From assembly GCA_976551045.1 (NCBI GenBank), contig CDPCPM010000143.1, positions 7,688,001-7,752,000 on the forward strand: a DNA stretch of 64,000 nucleotides, given 5' to 3'. Made by a program: the position numbers and the translations under genes. Origin of the DNA: Glaucostegus cemiculus. Taxonomy: Eukaryota. Numbering within the stretch: the stretch's first letter is position 1; every line of letters starts with the position of its first letter. Of this stretch, positions 36,801 to 48,004 are shown one piece after another. Below the pieces are notes generated by a model. The model ran no database searches. It was not told the origin of the DNA and was given only the letters and a program-made list of their open reading frames with translations.

Positions 36801-39800
36801 TTGTTTGCAGTAGCGATGAAGATGTTTTCAAGACTAGGGTGGGAAGTGGTGAAGTCGTGATCTAATTTGGGGCAAAGAGCAGTTCAGTAAAGGAACTTGA
36901 TGCCAGTTGCATAGCTGAAGGTTATTGAGTCCCAGTTTTCGCTGGCAACAAATGAGGAAGTGTGCTGGAATTAGGATGGAGTGTGCTCTTCACTCTTGAT
37001 TTCTTCTGGAGTTCTTTAAAAATGGCATAAAATTAGCTTTTGAACTATTGCAGTCTGTGGCAGATATTCATGTAATGTTGTGGTAACGAAACCCAGTCAA
37101 GTAGGGGAGAAAACAAGGTGTAGTGCTAGTACAGCAATATCATGAGGGGGATTGACTGTTCTCTGCAGTAATGAGGGATATTCCAAATCCTGCTCCGGGC
37201 AGCAGAGGAACTTATAGTGGGAATGGGAAGATCCAGTCACCACAGTACATGTGGGGATCAATGCCTTAGACAAGCAAGAAAGAAGTTCTGCAGAGTATGG
37301 ATAGCAAAGCACCAAATTGAGAAGCAAGAGCTCAGAGATAATCATTCAGAAATTATTAGCTGAGCCATGTACAAACTGGCAAATAAGATTAGAGAAATTA
37401 ATTAAAACAGAAAATGCTGGAAACACTCAGGAGGTCAGGCAGCCTGCACAGACAGAGTTTCAATGAAATGTCTCTGACCTGAAATGTTAACTGTTTTCTT
37501 TTTCCCCCGCGGATATTGTCTAACCTGTGGAGTATTTCCAGCATTTTCTGTTTTTACTTCAGATTTCCAATAATGAATACATGGCATGATAGTAGTGGGA
37601 TTAGGTTCATGGGGCACAGGCACCAGTAATGGGGATCATGGGAGATGTACTATTGGGATGGTTTCTACACCTAAACCATACTGGAAACATAACTGTGCAA
37701 CTAGGGAAATGAAGAGGATTTTATACTAACTAGTGGAACTAAGGATCAAAGTAGCAAAGATGTGGTAAATCAAAGAGTTGAGACATGGCTAGAGAGAAAG
37801 TATTAATATTGAAAATGATAAAGAGGCTATGAAGGGAAGAAACAGAGAGCACAAATCTGAGTAATTCAGCATACAAGGCTAGAGGTTACAAAAATATTGA
37901 AAAGACCAGACTATAGCCTCTATTGCTGAATGCATGTAGCATTCAAAATAAAACAGATGAATTGAAAATACAAATAGAAGTTGCTCTGACAACCTATCCA
38001 GAGATAGAGCTGCAGGATGACGGATTGAGACCTGAATATTATTGATGGATACGTGACATCTGGAAAGGATAGGCTGGGAAAAGATAGACAAAAGGCACTT
38101 TTAAGTAATAATGGTCGCAATAGAGCAGGATGAACCAAGTTCAGGAAACCAGGATATGGAAGCAGATTGTTAGAGACAAGAGATAATAAAGACAAGTCAC
38201 TTGTGGGACCAGTGTATGGACCCCTTAACAGCAACTAAACCATTGGACAAGGTACAAAGGAAGAAGGAAGCTTTTCAGGAAGTTACAGTGATGTATATGA
38301 AAGATTTTAATCCGCAGAGAAGTTAGAAAAAGCAGATGGGCAAAGGAAACTTGGAGTAGAAGCTTATACAGTGTATTTGGAATAGTTTTTAAATTAGAAT
38401 GTTTTGGAGCCAACCATAGCACAGTTTGCACAATACCTCATATTGTACAGTAAGTTAGTATTACTCAATGACCTCACAGTGAAGGTGCCCCTAGATAGCA
38501 ATAATAACTTTAACATTCAGTTCCAGCATGAGTACCAAACTTAAATAAGGATATTTATGAGGGCACGAGAACAGAGCTACTTAAGGTGAACTTCCAAAGT
38601 AAATTAAGGGACTAGTCCATGGAGATTTAGTGTCAGACTTTAAGGGGATCTTTCAGAATACACAGAATACATTTGGCTGCAAATGAAAAATTCTAAGGGG
38701 AGGATCCATCATCCATGGTTAATTAAAAAAGTTAAAGATGTGCATTTTCTTTAAGTTTGATGCCAAAATTGTGTAAAGATGGGTGGCAGGTTAAAAGATA
38801 GAGCAGACTATAAAAATGAGCAAAGAATGACTAAAAGATTAATAAATTAAAATTAAAGTATGAAATCCTAGCCAGAAATATAAACACAGTAAGAGTTTCA
38901 CAGAAAAGAGTGTTGTTCCCTGTGGATAGTGTGCCTAGATGAATTAAGCAGTTAGCTGGCATTGGTTTTCACCATAGTGGATACAATAATATCCTGGAAA
39001 TGGCTGTAAACAGGAACTAAAACAAAGGAAAGAACTCAGGAAAATTATAATAACCAGGGTAGTGAAACTTCTGCAAACTGCTGGAGCAGTAGGCTGGCAA
39101 GTCTCTTGGCCTTGACTGACATTGCCCTAGGGTCTTAAAAGAAGTTGCTAGTTAGATAGTTGAGATGCCTGCTGTAAGTTTCCAACGTAGATTGCGGAAG
39201 GTTCTATTGGATTTGGAAATAGTCAAAAATAATTCCTATTCAAAAAGGGAGAAAGAAACCAGAAAGCTACAGGGTAGTTAATCTATCATCTGTCACAGGG
39301 AAAATATTAGAAATTATAATAAAAGTTACAGCAGGGCACTTAGATACTGATTGCCTTGAAGATGCCACCTAACCACTGAATGCAAATCCTTTTTATTCAT
39401 GAAAGCCAAGTCACCAACATGACAAACTGAAGTTAGAAGAATTTCAACGTTATAGAACAGAATGACTTCTGCAAAACTCAAAACACTATGGTAGTATTTT
39501 GCAATGCACCTAATCCCAGGGATGGATACTAATCTTCAAATGAAAAAAAATGAGCAACTGTGGCACATCTCACTGATACAAAGATTTATATTATTCATAT
39601 TTCTACAGTCTGGCTTCCTTACATGAGAAACAACACCAGTGTATCCATTTTATTAAGAATGCCAGAGTCAAGGAGAGGGACAGAAGGAGAAAGCACAGTT
39701 GAAAGATTTTAATTATGTGTACATACAGGAAAAACTAGGAGTCCTTCCAAAAGAATACAGAAGGCTGAAAAAACATGATGCAAATATTCAAAAGGTGCTT

Positions 39801-41574
39801 TAATAAGTTATTGTTGCTTTTGAAAACTAGACCGATACATATATCAAAAGAAACAAATAGGAAGTTAGAATATTTTGTGTATGTAGGTGTAATTTTTAGG
39901 TTGTGGAATGCACTCTAAAAAGAATAGTGGAAAAATAATTTGTAGAAGTATTTAAAAGGGATGAGGTTAATATTTGCAAAAAGGTAAATTATCCCCAGGA
40001 AGTGGGAAAACAACTGAATGGAGCAAAGTGAAGACAGGCACATGAAACAGGTTGAATAATCTGACTGATATCTTTAAAGAAACATCATTCTGAATGGAAG
40101 GAATTAGCTTTATTACCTGTTTAATTATGGGGTCCCAAATTAAACACTTAATCAAATATTAAACAAAACATCATCACAGCATGATAAGGGGGGCTGATTT
40201 ATCAGAGGTTTGTAATCAGTGGAGGCAGGGAACCATAAACTGTTAGCAGAAGTACACTTCGCTTCATTCATATTTTGGTATCAGAGGGGTAATCTTTAGA
40301 GCATGGACAGCATGGAATTGGTGGCTCAAATAGTGCTGGCCATGACCAATATTGTTGAAAGAACTACCAACGTTCAGCTGTTCCTATGCAAGATGTAGAC
40401 AAACTTGCTACAATTCCTAGACCTCCTGAGTCACAGATGCTATTGCATGTGTTGCTCCAATCCACTGTGGGCTCCGCATGGAGTTCATCAGTGAAACCCA
40501 GACCTGATGTGGTTCCCAGCATTACCCAAGGGAATATACCATTCCAATCCTATGGGAGTCAGATGTGGTCAGAGATTCCACACATTTCAGTGGGGCTTCT
40601 CAGCCTGGAAAATGGAGAAGTGTTTTAATTTAAATTATTTTACTTTAATTCTTTTATTATTTTATTGATTTGTAAATATTTCAGTGGCTTAAGCAACTTG
40701 CAATTTTTAATCAATTATATCATTTTGAATATTTTAATGACATATTGATATTAGAGACATTTAAAACTGTAAAAGAAATAGTCTTACAGAAGACACAGCT
40801 TCAGACCAGCTATGCCTTCTTTCCGAGTCAGGATATTTCAAGAGTGGAGCCACACCAGGCTGAAACCTTGCCAAGCCTTACCCAGTTCAGCAAGGTCAGC
40901 CCTTTGCACTGATTGGGGCAAGTTTGGGTGGAGGCCCAAGGTCATGATTCTGAATGGTGAGCCGGCATCAGCATGATCCAGGCCATTGCCGAGGCTGGAC
41001 TGTAGTTGGGTGGTTCATCTCGCTGACCCCTGTCTGAGGGTGAAAATACCAAAGGGTAGCAGGCCGATGATAAACAGAATGAGGGCAAAATTAGGCAAAC
41101 AACACAGGAATAATCCAAGCAGCTGATATTGGGTTAGACACAAATAGATCCAGAGAATGGAATTATTAAGAGCAGGCAAAGTAGAAGAAATGAACAGATA
41201 ACTGTCAGAAGTGTCAAAAAGATCAAGCAGGACAAGGAATATAAACAAATACTTTGCTGCTGTAGTCACTTAAAATTCCTTTATTTATGGAATATAGTGT
41301 GATTGCAAACATTTGACACTTGTAGTGGAATATCAACACAGGCAGGAACAGGCCAATCAGTTCCCAAGTTTAAAAATAGCACTAAGTCTACAATACAAAC
41401 TCCTATTTCTACCTTATCAATATCTTCATCTTCCTCATCCTCCTCCTCCTCCTCAGAGAAGTCCAGCATCTTTTTGGCAAGCAACGGATGCCACTGAAGA
41501 CACTTCCGTTTTGGTCTCTTTCCAGTTCCATCGCCATCTGCTGAGTGGTCTTTATTTCTGCTGCTGGCTTTCAT
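11170..41574 (-). CDS. BBX: BBX, HMG-box transcription factor (bobby sox homolog); complete spliced CDS of 12 exons, 2355 nt, 784 aa
   Basis: Joined exons read [28 protein letters not shown].. / HMG box [38 protein letters not shown].. / ..[29 protein letters not shown].. / ..PVLISCADQ*, matching vertebrate BBX as I know it. All introns are GT-AG with compatible phases (162+240+199+68+81+763+139+149+72+186+208+88). Confidence 0.97.
12005..12062. repeat. (TG)/(GA)n microsatellite
   Basis: tgtgtatgtgtatgtgtgagagagag.. run. Confidence 0.9.
12547..12801 (-). mobile_element. tRNA-derived V-SINE (HE1-like) with CR1-type tail
   Basis: Pol III B box GGTTCGATTCCC; V-domain GTGGGTTTCCTCCGGGTGCTCTGGTTTCTTCCCACA; tail TGGGCTGAAAGGGCCTGTT..(AAATTT)n; CpGs retained, so young. 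Confidence 0.9.
13388..13595 (-). CDS. BBX: BBX coding exon 11
   Basis: ctgcAG|(D)[25 protein letters not shown]|gtgag; 208 nt. Confidence 0.94.
14505..14690 (-). CDS. BBX: BBX coding exon 10
   Basis: cttcAG|(A)[53 protein letters not shown]|gtgag; 186 nt. Confidence 0.94.
15693..15764 (-). CDS. BBX: BBX coding exon 9 (72 nt, frame-preserving, probable cassette exon)
   Basis: ttttttAG|(G)[24 protein letters not shown]|gtact; resembles the human ..KIVSKYKHKKEK.. segment; phase 1-1. Confidence 0.85.
16400..17980. mobile_element. Cluster of degraded CR1 fragments in mixed orientation
   Basis: CR1 3' tails on the minus strand at ~16400-16460 (agaacatagaacatag..ggcccttcggcccac) and ~16555-16860; the remainder resembles CR1 5'/ORF1 sequence only weakly. 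Confidence 0.55.
18251..19006 (-). mobile_element. Penelope-like element 3' fragment with hammerhead motif
   Basis: Minus strand reads [51 protein letters not shown] with frameshifts, followed by a pseudo-LTR; CTGATGA..CGAAAC at 18349-18386. Confidence 0.88.
19267..19415 (-). CDS. BBX: BBX coding exon 8 (coding frame not in the ORF track)
   Basis: ttccAG|(G)[50 protein letters not shown]|gtggg; 149 nt. Confidence 0.95.
20202..20340 (-). CDS. BBX: BBX coding exon 7
   Basis: tttcAG|(G)[32 protein letters not shown]|gtaag; 139 nt. Confidence 0.95.
20985..21130 (+). mobile_element. CR1 ORF2 fragment
   Basis: [22 protein letters not shown]-like translation. Confidence 0.7.
21331..21525 (-). mobile_element. 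Penelope-like pseudo-LTR fragment with hammerhead motif
   Basis: Near copy of 18290-18480; CTGATGA..CGAAAC at 21391-21428. Confidence 0.85.
23505..23995 (+). pseudogene. Harbinger/PIF (HARBI1-like) transposase relic
   Basis: Frameshifted translation [52 protein letters not shown] follows the Harbinger pattern AL.FFATGSFQ..GD..SQ..IREV..GF..IAG.P...GAIDCTH..I.AP..HSLNVQ. Confidence 0.65.
24996..25758 (-). CDS. BBX: BBX coding exon 6 (large Lys/Ser-rich exon)
   Basis: cttcAG|[63 protein letters not shown]|gtaag; 763 nt. Confidence 0.96.
26962..27042 (-). CDS. BBX: BBX coding exon 5 (not in the ORF track)
   Basis: catgcAG|[27 protein letters not shown]|gtatg; 81 nt, phase 0-0. Confidence 0.93.
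27808..27930. repeat. (TA)/(TG)/(CA) compound microsatellite
   Basis: Direct inspection. Confidence 0.92.
28495..28562 (-). CDS. BBX: BBX coding exon 4 (not in the ORF track)
   Basis: aatAG|(D)[22 protein letters not shown]|gtaag; 68 nt, restores phase 0. Confidence 0.95.
28910..29183 (-). mobile_element. V-SINE with Rex1-like tail
   Basis: Head and V-domain are nearly colinear with the 12547-12801 SINE, but the 3' part differs and ends GTACATGTGACCAATAAAG. Confidence 0.88.
30708..30906 (-). CDS. BBX: BBX coding exon 3 (HMG box C-terminus)
   Basis: ttctcAG|[33 protein letters not shown]|gtaaa; 199 nt, phase 1. Confidence 0.96.
31690..32090 (-). mobile_element. CR1 3' fragment
   Basis: [40 protein letters not shown]. 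Confidence 0.85.
33290..33520 (+). mobile_element. CR1 3' end
   Basis: [22 protein letters not shown] plus a CR1-type tail. Confidence 0.75.
34000..35050. mobile_element. Two CR1 3' fragments head to head (minus ~34000-34780, plus ~34785-35050)
   Basis: Both end in CR1 3' UTR tails pointing outward; [18 protein letters not shown] on the plus strand. Confidence 0.75.
35634..35683. repeat. 20-bp tandem duplication (2.5 copies) next to the exon 2 donor
   Basis: tttcactgYttacacacagg x2 plus tttcactgct. Confidence 0.9.
35695..35934 (-). CDS. BBX: BBX coding exon 2 (most of the HMG box)
   Basis: ctacAG|GAT GCT TTG.. [32 protein letters not shown]|gtgag; 240 nt. Confidence 0.97.
37130..39350 (+). 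mobile_element. Long degraded CR1 (ORF1 end, endonuclease, start of reverse transcriptase)
   Basis: Remnants such as [11 protein letters not shown], ..GVYGPL.., [31 protein letters not shown], with many stops and indels. Confidence 0.75.
37404..37570. repeat. Palindromic (fold-back) short element related to Penelope pseudo-LTRs
   Basis: 37404-37443 is an inverted copy of 37516-37554 (first 20 bp exact: aaaacagaaaatgctggaaa). Confidence 0.8.
39499..39594 (+). repeat. Direct duplicate A of 41659-41755
   Basis: About 12 differences in ~96 nt by eye; shared exact core atggatactaatcttcaaat. Confidence 0.9.
41413..41574 (-). CDS. BBX: BBX coding exon 1 (start codon, basic NLS-like KRPKRK, acidic tract)
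   Basis: ATG at 41574-41572 in good context (CACCATG). Acceptor tatgcAG 9 nt upstream, so the exon begins ~41583. Ends ..EDIDK|gtaga; 162 nt, phase 0. Confidence 0.95.
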
Positions 41575-41658
41575 GGTGCTGTGCTGCATAACATAAATAG
41601 AAACAGCACATGATTAGCAACTCGGGATAGCATGGTACTTCAGAACTGTAGTGGCATA

Positions 41659-41755
41659 TTGCAATACACCTAACCCCGGGCATGGATACTAATCTTCAAA
41701 TTAAAGAAATATGAGCAACTGTGGCACACCTCATTGTTACAGAGATTCATATTAT
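41659..41755 (+). repeat. Direct duplicate B of 39499-39594
   Basis: See partner; offset 2160 nt. Confidence 0.9.
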
Positions 41756-44329
41756 GGTTCAGGGATCTGTGAGAGCAACAGCTCCCTCTAGTGCACAACA
41801 GTCAGCCAGTAACAAGCAGAAGGGAGCAGCATTCTCAGCAATCGCTGGCTTGCTGCAGAGGTTCTTAAAGGGGAAGCCTGCTCCTGAATGATATATCTCG
41901 CCACACTATCAGGATGGCTTAAAAGGAAACCACACAGTTTCATTTCCATAGTTACTTCTTATTCCAGAGCTTGTGAATTTGCAAACTGAAGTTTATCTAG
42001 AATATCAATAATTGACAAAGATAATGAAATAAAGAACAAAATTAATAAAATAGATGGTCTCTCACTTGCCGATCCCACATACAATTTCATTAAAAAAAAT
42101 CACTTGAGCAGGCCCTGGTTAACTGATGAGCCACAAAAATCAAGGACATCACAGCAGTGCATCTACTAGTTCAGATCCTGGCATTTGGCAGGCATGAGAA
42201 TGTAGCTTGGATGTCTGCAGATATGTTATAATCGCAAGTGCACTGCAGGTAGGCTGGGGAAAGGGGAGCTCAAGTCAGCTCCTCACGGGATTAGTTTTTG
42301 CAGTGGTTTTGCTTCAGAGAACCCAGATGATGATTGGGATGGAGAGCCTATAAACTGATGTACATAAACAGAGATGCATGGGGCATTGTCTAGCCCACTG
42401 GAAATCCTGGTCGAGTTGTCTAGAAGCATGGTGGAAAGGCACTTCCAATCTTGCACATGGATTAGATGGGTCTGAAGCTCCTTTCTAGAATGTGTGTATT
42501 TGCCAGCTTTGTTACACTGCTCATGGTCCCAACCTTAGTACAGTGTGTGATGACGAAAGTCAGTTTCCACTATTGCACAGGCTGAGACCACCAATGTGTG
42601 AATGCTACAACAGAAGCTCAAACTTCTGCCATCTAAGCTTGGACTGCTGCCATGCAAGCACTAACTGCTGCCATCATGGCTCTGGACTCCACAGTTGCCA
42701 GTGTTTAGGGATGTCATGACACTTGAGCAATCTGTAATAGGGCTCCTGAAACACTGCACAGGGCTTGGCAGTGACTCCGCAGTATGAGTTTGCTCATCTC
42801 ACTGAAGATGACAGCATTCATGATTTCATTCTACTATTCCAACAATGCAGTCACAACTGCCATTTAGTCCAGATTGTTGCAGTTAATGGTGAGAAGGTGA
42901 AGTGGCAAATGACACCATCTTGGCACAGAACTGCTTATGATCATCTCTCTATGGCATCTGGAACATCCCTCATTTCAAGTAGCCAGCAATCTGACTTTGT
43001 GGCTGCACTACTTAGATGTAGTAAGGTATGAAAGGTAGGTAGTATAAGGGTATTGCATTCTCAATAAAAGGAACTCAAACATGAAAACTGTATCTTTAGA
43101 GGGAATTAGGTTTCTCTTTATTTGTTATCATCTGAGGGTGAGAGATGTCTTTGCAATGTCAGCATTATTTAACGAACCTTACTACACAGAGAGCAGAGAA
43201 AAGCTGTTTTCCTGGTGTAGTGAGGAAATTCCTGCACCATGTTTATGAGGATATTTCAATAAAGTAAAAGATCAAGCATTTAAGAGCACGGAAAATAAAT
43301 AAGTGAGGACATTGTATGACTTGAAATCCATCTTGCCATCACTGAAGTACCAAAAAGGCAGCTGCCTTTAGATTTCTAGCTGGTACATAATGAAGCTTTC
43401 GCTTGTATTAGGAAGAAAGCTTTGACTTGCTTCCATTCATTTGGTGCATGATTTACACAATTTATTCTTTTCAAAAGCAAATAGTACAATACGTAGGAGG
43501 GAAAGAAAGTGTGGCTCCATGCCAGATCTCCTCCCTAAAACCAGTGCTGCAAATCCCACCTCCTGCAGGAAGAGGAGAACCAATCCAAACCTAGGCCACC
43601 CAATAACAAGGATCAAATGTCTAAACAAATACTCCATTTCCCTGTATTCTGCCAACATTTATGATTATGAGGTTCTTGTCAGAGTAGCATTTCACTGCAG
43701 TACCAGCAACCCAGAAGGGTAGTGGACAAGACTGGCCACATTGCTGATGGAAGAAGGCAGCCTATTGGCTTAATCCCTTTATTATCTTTACACACAATCT
43801 TATATTAAACTTTATTGAAATATTTAGGTCACTCTGCCTTTACTACAGGCTTCTCTTTCTTGTATTCCATCCTACTCCACTATCAGTGAATTTTATGCCT
43901 TAAAATAAGGCCTAGTTCAGAAAAATTGACATGGGGATATAGCAGAGGCAAAAAAATCTTTGACAAAATTCAAGAAGCAAGCACCAACTTGGACATATCC
44001 AGGACACTGATTCCAATCTTGTATTTAATTTGAGTTCATAATTATCATCTAATGTGCATCCAGATGTGAACCAATATTACAGCACATCTATCATGGAATA
44101 CATAACAAAGCAGTCTGTACCTCAAACAGAATACTATTTTTATGTGAAATACTAAACTGCAATAAGAAAGTTTCACAAGAAATCTACCAAAATAGATTTT
44201 ACAAAAACTTTCTGACAAGAGAGAAAGACACCATGGTTGATAACAGAGAAATGGCATTGCATTTACTAAAGCTATTAAAGTACTAATGCTATTATTGCAT
44301 AATCAGAACTTTATAACTTCACAATATGG

Positions 44330-45310
44330 AAAATTGCCCATTTCCAAAAAATAAACCAGGTCACCTCAAGCCCAACCATTACCACCCTATCAGCAATGTA
44401 ACAAAAAGGAGTTAAACAAGATTGCTATCAAATGTTATTTCTAATAAACTGCATGATGATTCTCAGCTTGGTTTCTGCCAGAACAACTTAAGCATGCAAA
44501 AAGGGTGGATTTCTGAAGTTGAGGTAAGAGTTTCTGCATAGCACTGTTCTTTCCTAAATGCGCATTCCTGGACAACATGAACTTCCCTCTGTTGACCAGC
44601 AATGAACAATTTTCATAACTTCACTGCTTTTGACAATGCTTAGTTTATTTCAACTGGCTCACTAAAGTTCTATCTACCTTGGAGCAGTAGGCGGCATGAT
44701 TCTGTCATGGGAGTATCCAGTTTCGACATCAAGGCAACATTTTAACTGTTCCACATAGGATCACCTATAAAGATGAAGTCAATGCTGAGTGAGTGAAAAC
44801 TCTCCTGCCCAGAGTTGTACTTTGGTACAAAGGTCATGGCTGTTAGAAGCTTATCATCTCAGTCTATGAGCAATGCTGAAAGTGTTCCTCAGGGCAGCTT
44901 CCTTTTAACATCAGCTGCTTCATCAACTACTTTCTTAAGGAGGGCTGCTGGCAGATTTTTGCAGTGTTCACATATCTGCAGATGTAAATAGTCCACGCTA
45001 CATGCAGAAAGCCCTGGAGAGCTTACATGCCACATAATTGCTAGTCAATGTCCCTCTGCAATAAGAGAGCCGAACCAGCTCCCTTGGATATTCAATATTA
45101 TCACTGCCTAATCCACACAAACAAAATCCTGGAGGGTTACTATTGACCAAAGCTCAGCTCAACCAGCTAAGTAAATTATATGGCAATTACAGCAGGTCAG
45201 AAGCTAAGCATTCTATGGCAAGTGGCTCAACTCCTGCTTACTCTTTCACTTGCCAGAAAGGGCAGGATGAAATGGGTGTAGCTGCAATGATACTTGAGAA
45301 CTTCTGAGTC
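44330..45310 (+). mobile_element. Old CR1/L2-group LINE reverse transcriptase fragment
   Basis: Remnants YHPIS, FDIKATF, VPQGS; same family as 47830-50290. Confidence 0.65.
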
Positions 45311-45424
45311 AATTATGCTAAACTCTATTATGTGTATTGTAACACAGTGCAATGCGGCACCTTGGCAGGGCTTTCTTGACGTCCGCCAAACCCACAACAT
45401 ACATCATTTGTTAAGAGTAGCAGG

Positions 45425-45610
45425 CCCATGGTCGGCAGGTGGTGGTGCTGCTGCCTCACAGTTCTCACTGACCTTGTATGCTGTGTGGAATTTGTACATT
45501 CTCCCTGGGTCCATGCGAGTTTTCCCTGGCTGCTCTAGTTTTCTCCAACATCCCAAAGATTGCTGGCTGATAGGTGAATTGGCAACTGTAAATTACCCCA
45601 TTTAGGTGGG
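45425..45610 (+). mobile_element. Degraded V-SINE
   Basis: V-domain ttttccctggctgctctagttttctccaacatcccaaaga..ggcaactgtaaattaccc. Confidence 0.8.
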
Positions 45611-46504
45611 AGTAATTAAATACATTAATATGAAAATAATGTATTAAAACATCTATTAACTTCCTTTTTCAATCCAGGTCAATGACTCCATTCATGGATT
45701 GCACTACTTACACCAGCTAAGGGGCCAGAAATGAACTGTATCCCTGTCCCTCAGGTCAGCTCCACCGCAGAATCAGTGCACAGAATGGGAGGTCAGACAC
45801 AGAAGTTGTGAATGCACTGCCCCATGTAATGTTGCTATTTGGCTATTTACTGCATAATTGTTGGCTGATTGAGGCCATTGAATTAAAGGTCATTATACAA
45901 AAATATTCATGTAAACAGCTTAAAACACCCAGAAATAGTAAAATTAAAATATGCAAAAAAACTTAACTTTCTCCTCCTAAGTCTCCAGCTGGAAATTCCT
46001 GCCATACCAGAGTCGTATGGTGGGTCCAGCTGGTGTAAAATTGAAGAGGCCTGATGTTGAGGAATCCCAGTACAATCAGGCCCCACTGTTCATCTCCATG
46101 CAAGTTCGGTGACTGAGACAAGTAATGAATGCACTTGCATCTTATTTACTTGGTTCCTTTTGGGATATCCAATATTCAATAATTGGCTGTGCAACAAATT
46201 CCCATCCCTATTTGGTTCAGTGCAAAATGTATGCAGAGGCAACAAACCTGGTAATTTAAGGAATTTCTAATTCCGGGTGGATGATCAACACACAAATCAA
46301 GTGTATACTTGGCAAGTATGGTGGTCAAAAAAATTAGTGCAGCAGTGTCCACTTTTTTTTAAAGAAAAAGTTTCCCTTAGGCTCTCCCTCAATTGCTTTG
46401 AATGTGAATTCTGATTTGACGTTAAAAATGTCATTAAATTTTGAACAAAGGTGTAGATTTTTCCTGAATGAGAAGCTTCGTATAACTATCTAGATAGGGA
46501 CAAT

Positions 46505-47030
46505 GTTCTTCTTCTCCTTCTTCTTCGGGAGTGCCTTGGTATCTAAGGCAACTTGCTTCTACTCTGGTTTTCCAGGTTCAGGAGTGATTGAGAAGGCCAA
46601 TGTGGGGATTGCTGACTCTTCCACAGATGGGGCAGGAGGTGCTTCATTGGGCAGACAGGTAGGTACTTTGTGAGATGCACTCCTGCTGTTTACGCAGAGC
46701 TTCTGTGTATTCACAATGTACAGACTCAAGGTTTTCAATAGCATCCTGACTGCTCCTTCTTCACTTTTGAGCAGCCATGGGCCAGAGATTCCCAGGTGTC
46801 AATGGGAATGCTTCATTTTCTCTGAGGAATGTTTGAGCACTTCTTTGAATCTTTTCCTCTATCTGCCTGATAATATCTTCCTTTTGAAGACCTTGGAACA
46901 GAGTGTCTGTTGTTTGAGGTCTGGAGCCAGACACACAAATGATGTGTCCTGTCCAACAGAGCCAAATGAGTGTTACTAGGTCTCAATGACCTGGTCACTT
47001 TGATGGCATTGTTGCTCTCAATCATCACAA
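46505..47030 (-). mobile_element. RTE-clade LINE 3' end
   Basis: Remnants L.WTGHI.., IPIDTWESLAH, with a (GAA)n tail at ~46506-46527. Confidence 0.7.
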
Positions 47031-47574
47031 TTCTGGTATCGTTACGTTAGGAGCTGTTCCTTTTTCTAACATGGAAGACTAAGATACACCCGATAAAGCA
47101 GGCACTACTAATTTATGTAGAATTTAAGTAAAATGTTTTTTGCATGAAGCAGAAGTATTCTCTTATAAAAAGGAAAGTGAAAAGGTAAAACTGGTGCACA
47201 AGCTCATAGCCATCTGCAACCGATATTTACTGGAGAATACTCCATCTGCAGATTTAAGTTAGAAATAGTTACAGATTTAGAGTGCCCTGCAATGAAACAA
47301 GTTGCAATTATTGTCACTTCATATTTGATATTATATAAAAATGTAAAATCAAAGGCAAAAAAATGTCAAACTGCTTCAAAGTGTTGCTTCATTCTTAGTT
47401 ACAATTAGAGCTTAGCATTATCCTGCAATTAATGTGAAGCTTTCAAGATGCTATCATGAAAGACTGGCTAAAAGCACCAAATGCTATTTTAGGTGAATAC
47501 CTAATTTTAGCTAACAGTGCAAGAACAACCCTCAGTGATGTTATCCAATAAATATACAAATCATATGCCAGGGA

Positions 47575-47700
47575 ATTCCCAGATTCTGTCCCAGCTCTGC
47601 TGAGTTAGTTGTTCTCAGCTGGGCAGCCAGTAGGAGTATGATGATTGCCCTCAGTGTCCATGATTTGCAGTAGGATAAAAATAATCAGCTATCTGGTTGC
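47575..47700 (+). mobile_element. Ancient SINE-like fragment (family not determined)
   Basis: ctgctgagttagttgttctcagctgggcagc..gattgccctcagtg resembles an old vertebrate SINE core; recognised from memory only. Confidence 0.35.
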
Positions 47701-48004
47701 CATCATGTAGTTACAGAAATGTACAGCACAGGGGGGTCCACCCAGCTCACAACACTTGCATTCATGGGATTTCCAAGTGATGTATGGGCAGGACTTCACC
47801 TTACTCACTAATAAACTATTCCCTTATTCCAGTTTCAGTTTCACCAGGACCACTCAATTCCAAGCCTCATAAGGGCTTTGGCTGAAATGTGGACCTTACA
47901 GCTGAAATCCAGATACGAGGTGAGATTGATTGCCCTTGACATCAAGGCAGCATTTGACTGAGTATGGCAGCTTCAGGAAAGGGGTTGGGGGGGGGGGGGG
48001 GGGG

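Noticed and set aside
39470-39600. snoRNA interpretation of the duplicated unit
   Set aside because: No clear C box, and the CTGA near copy B is not preserved in copy A; left only as a testable option.
40180-41010. Possible non-autonomous DNA transposons here and near 45720-46210, 52370-52860 and 54080-54840
   Set aside because: GC-richer flanks around AT cores are suggestive, but I could not define terminal repeats or target duplications.
41575-41589. Upstream in-frame ATG giving MQHSTMK..
   Set aside because: It lies upstream of the AG acceptor at 41585-41584, so it is intronic; the homologous start is MKASSRNK.
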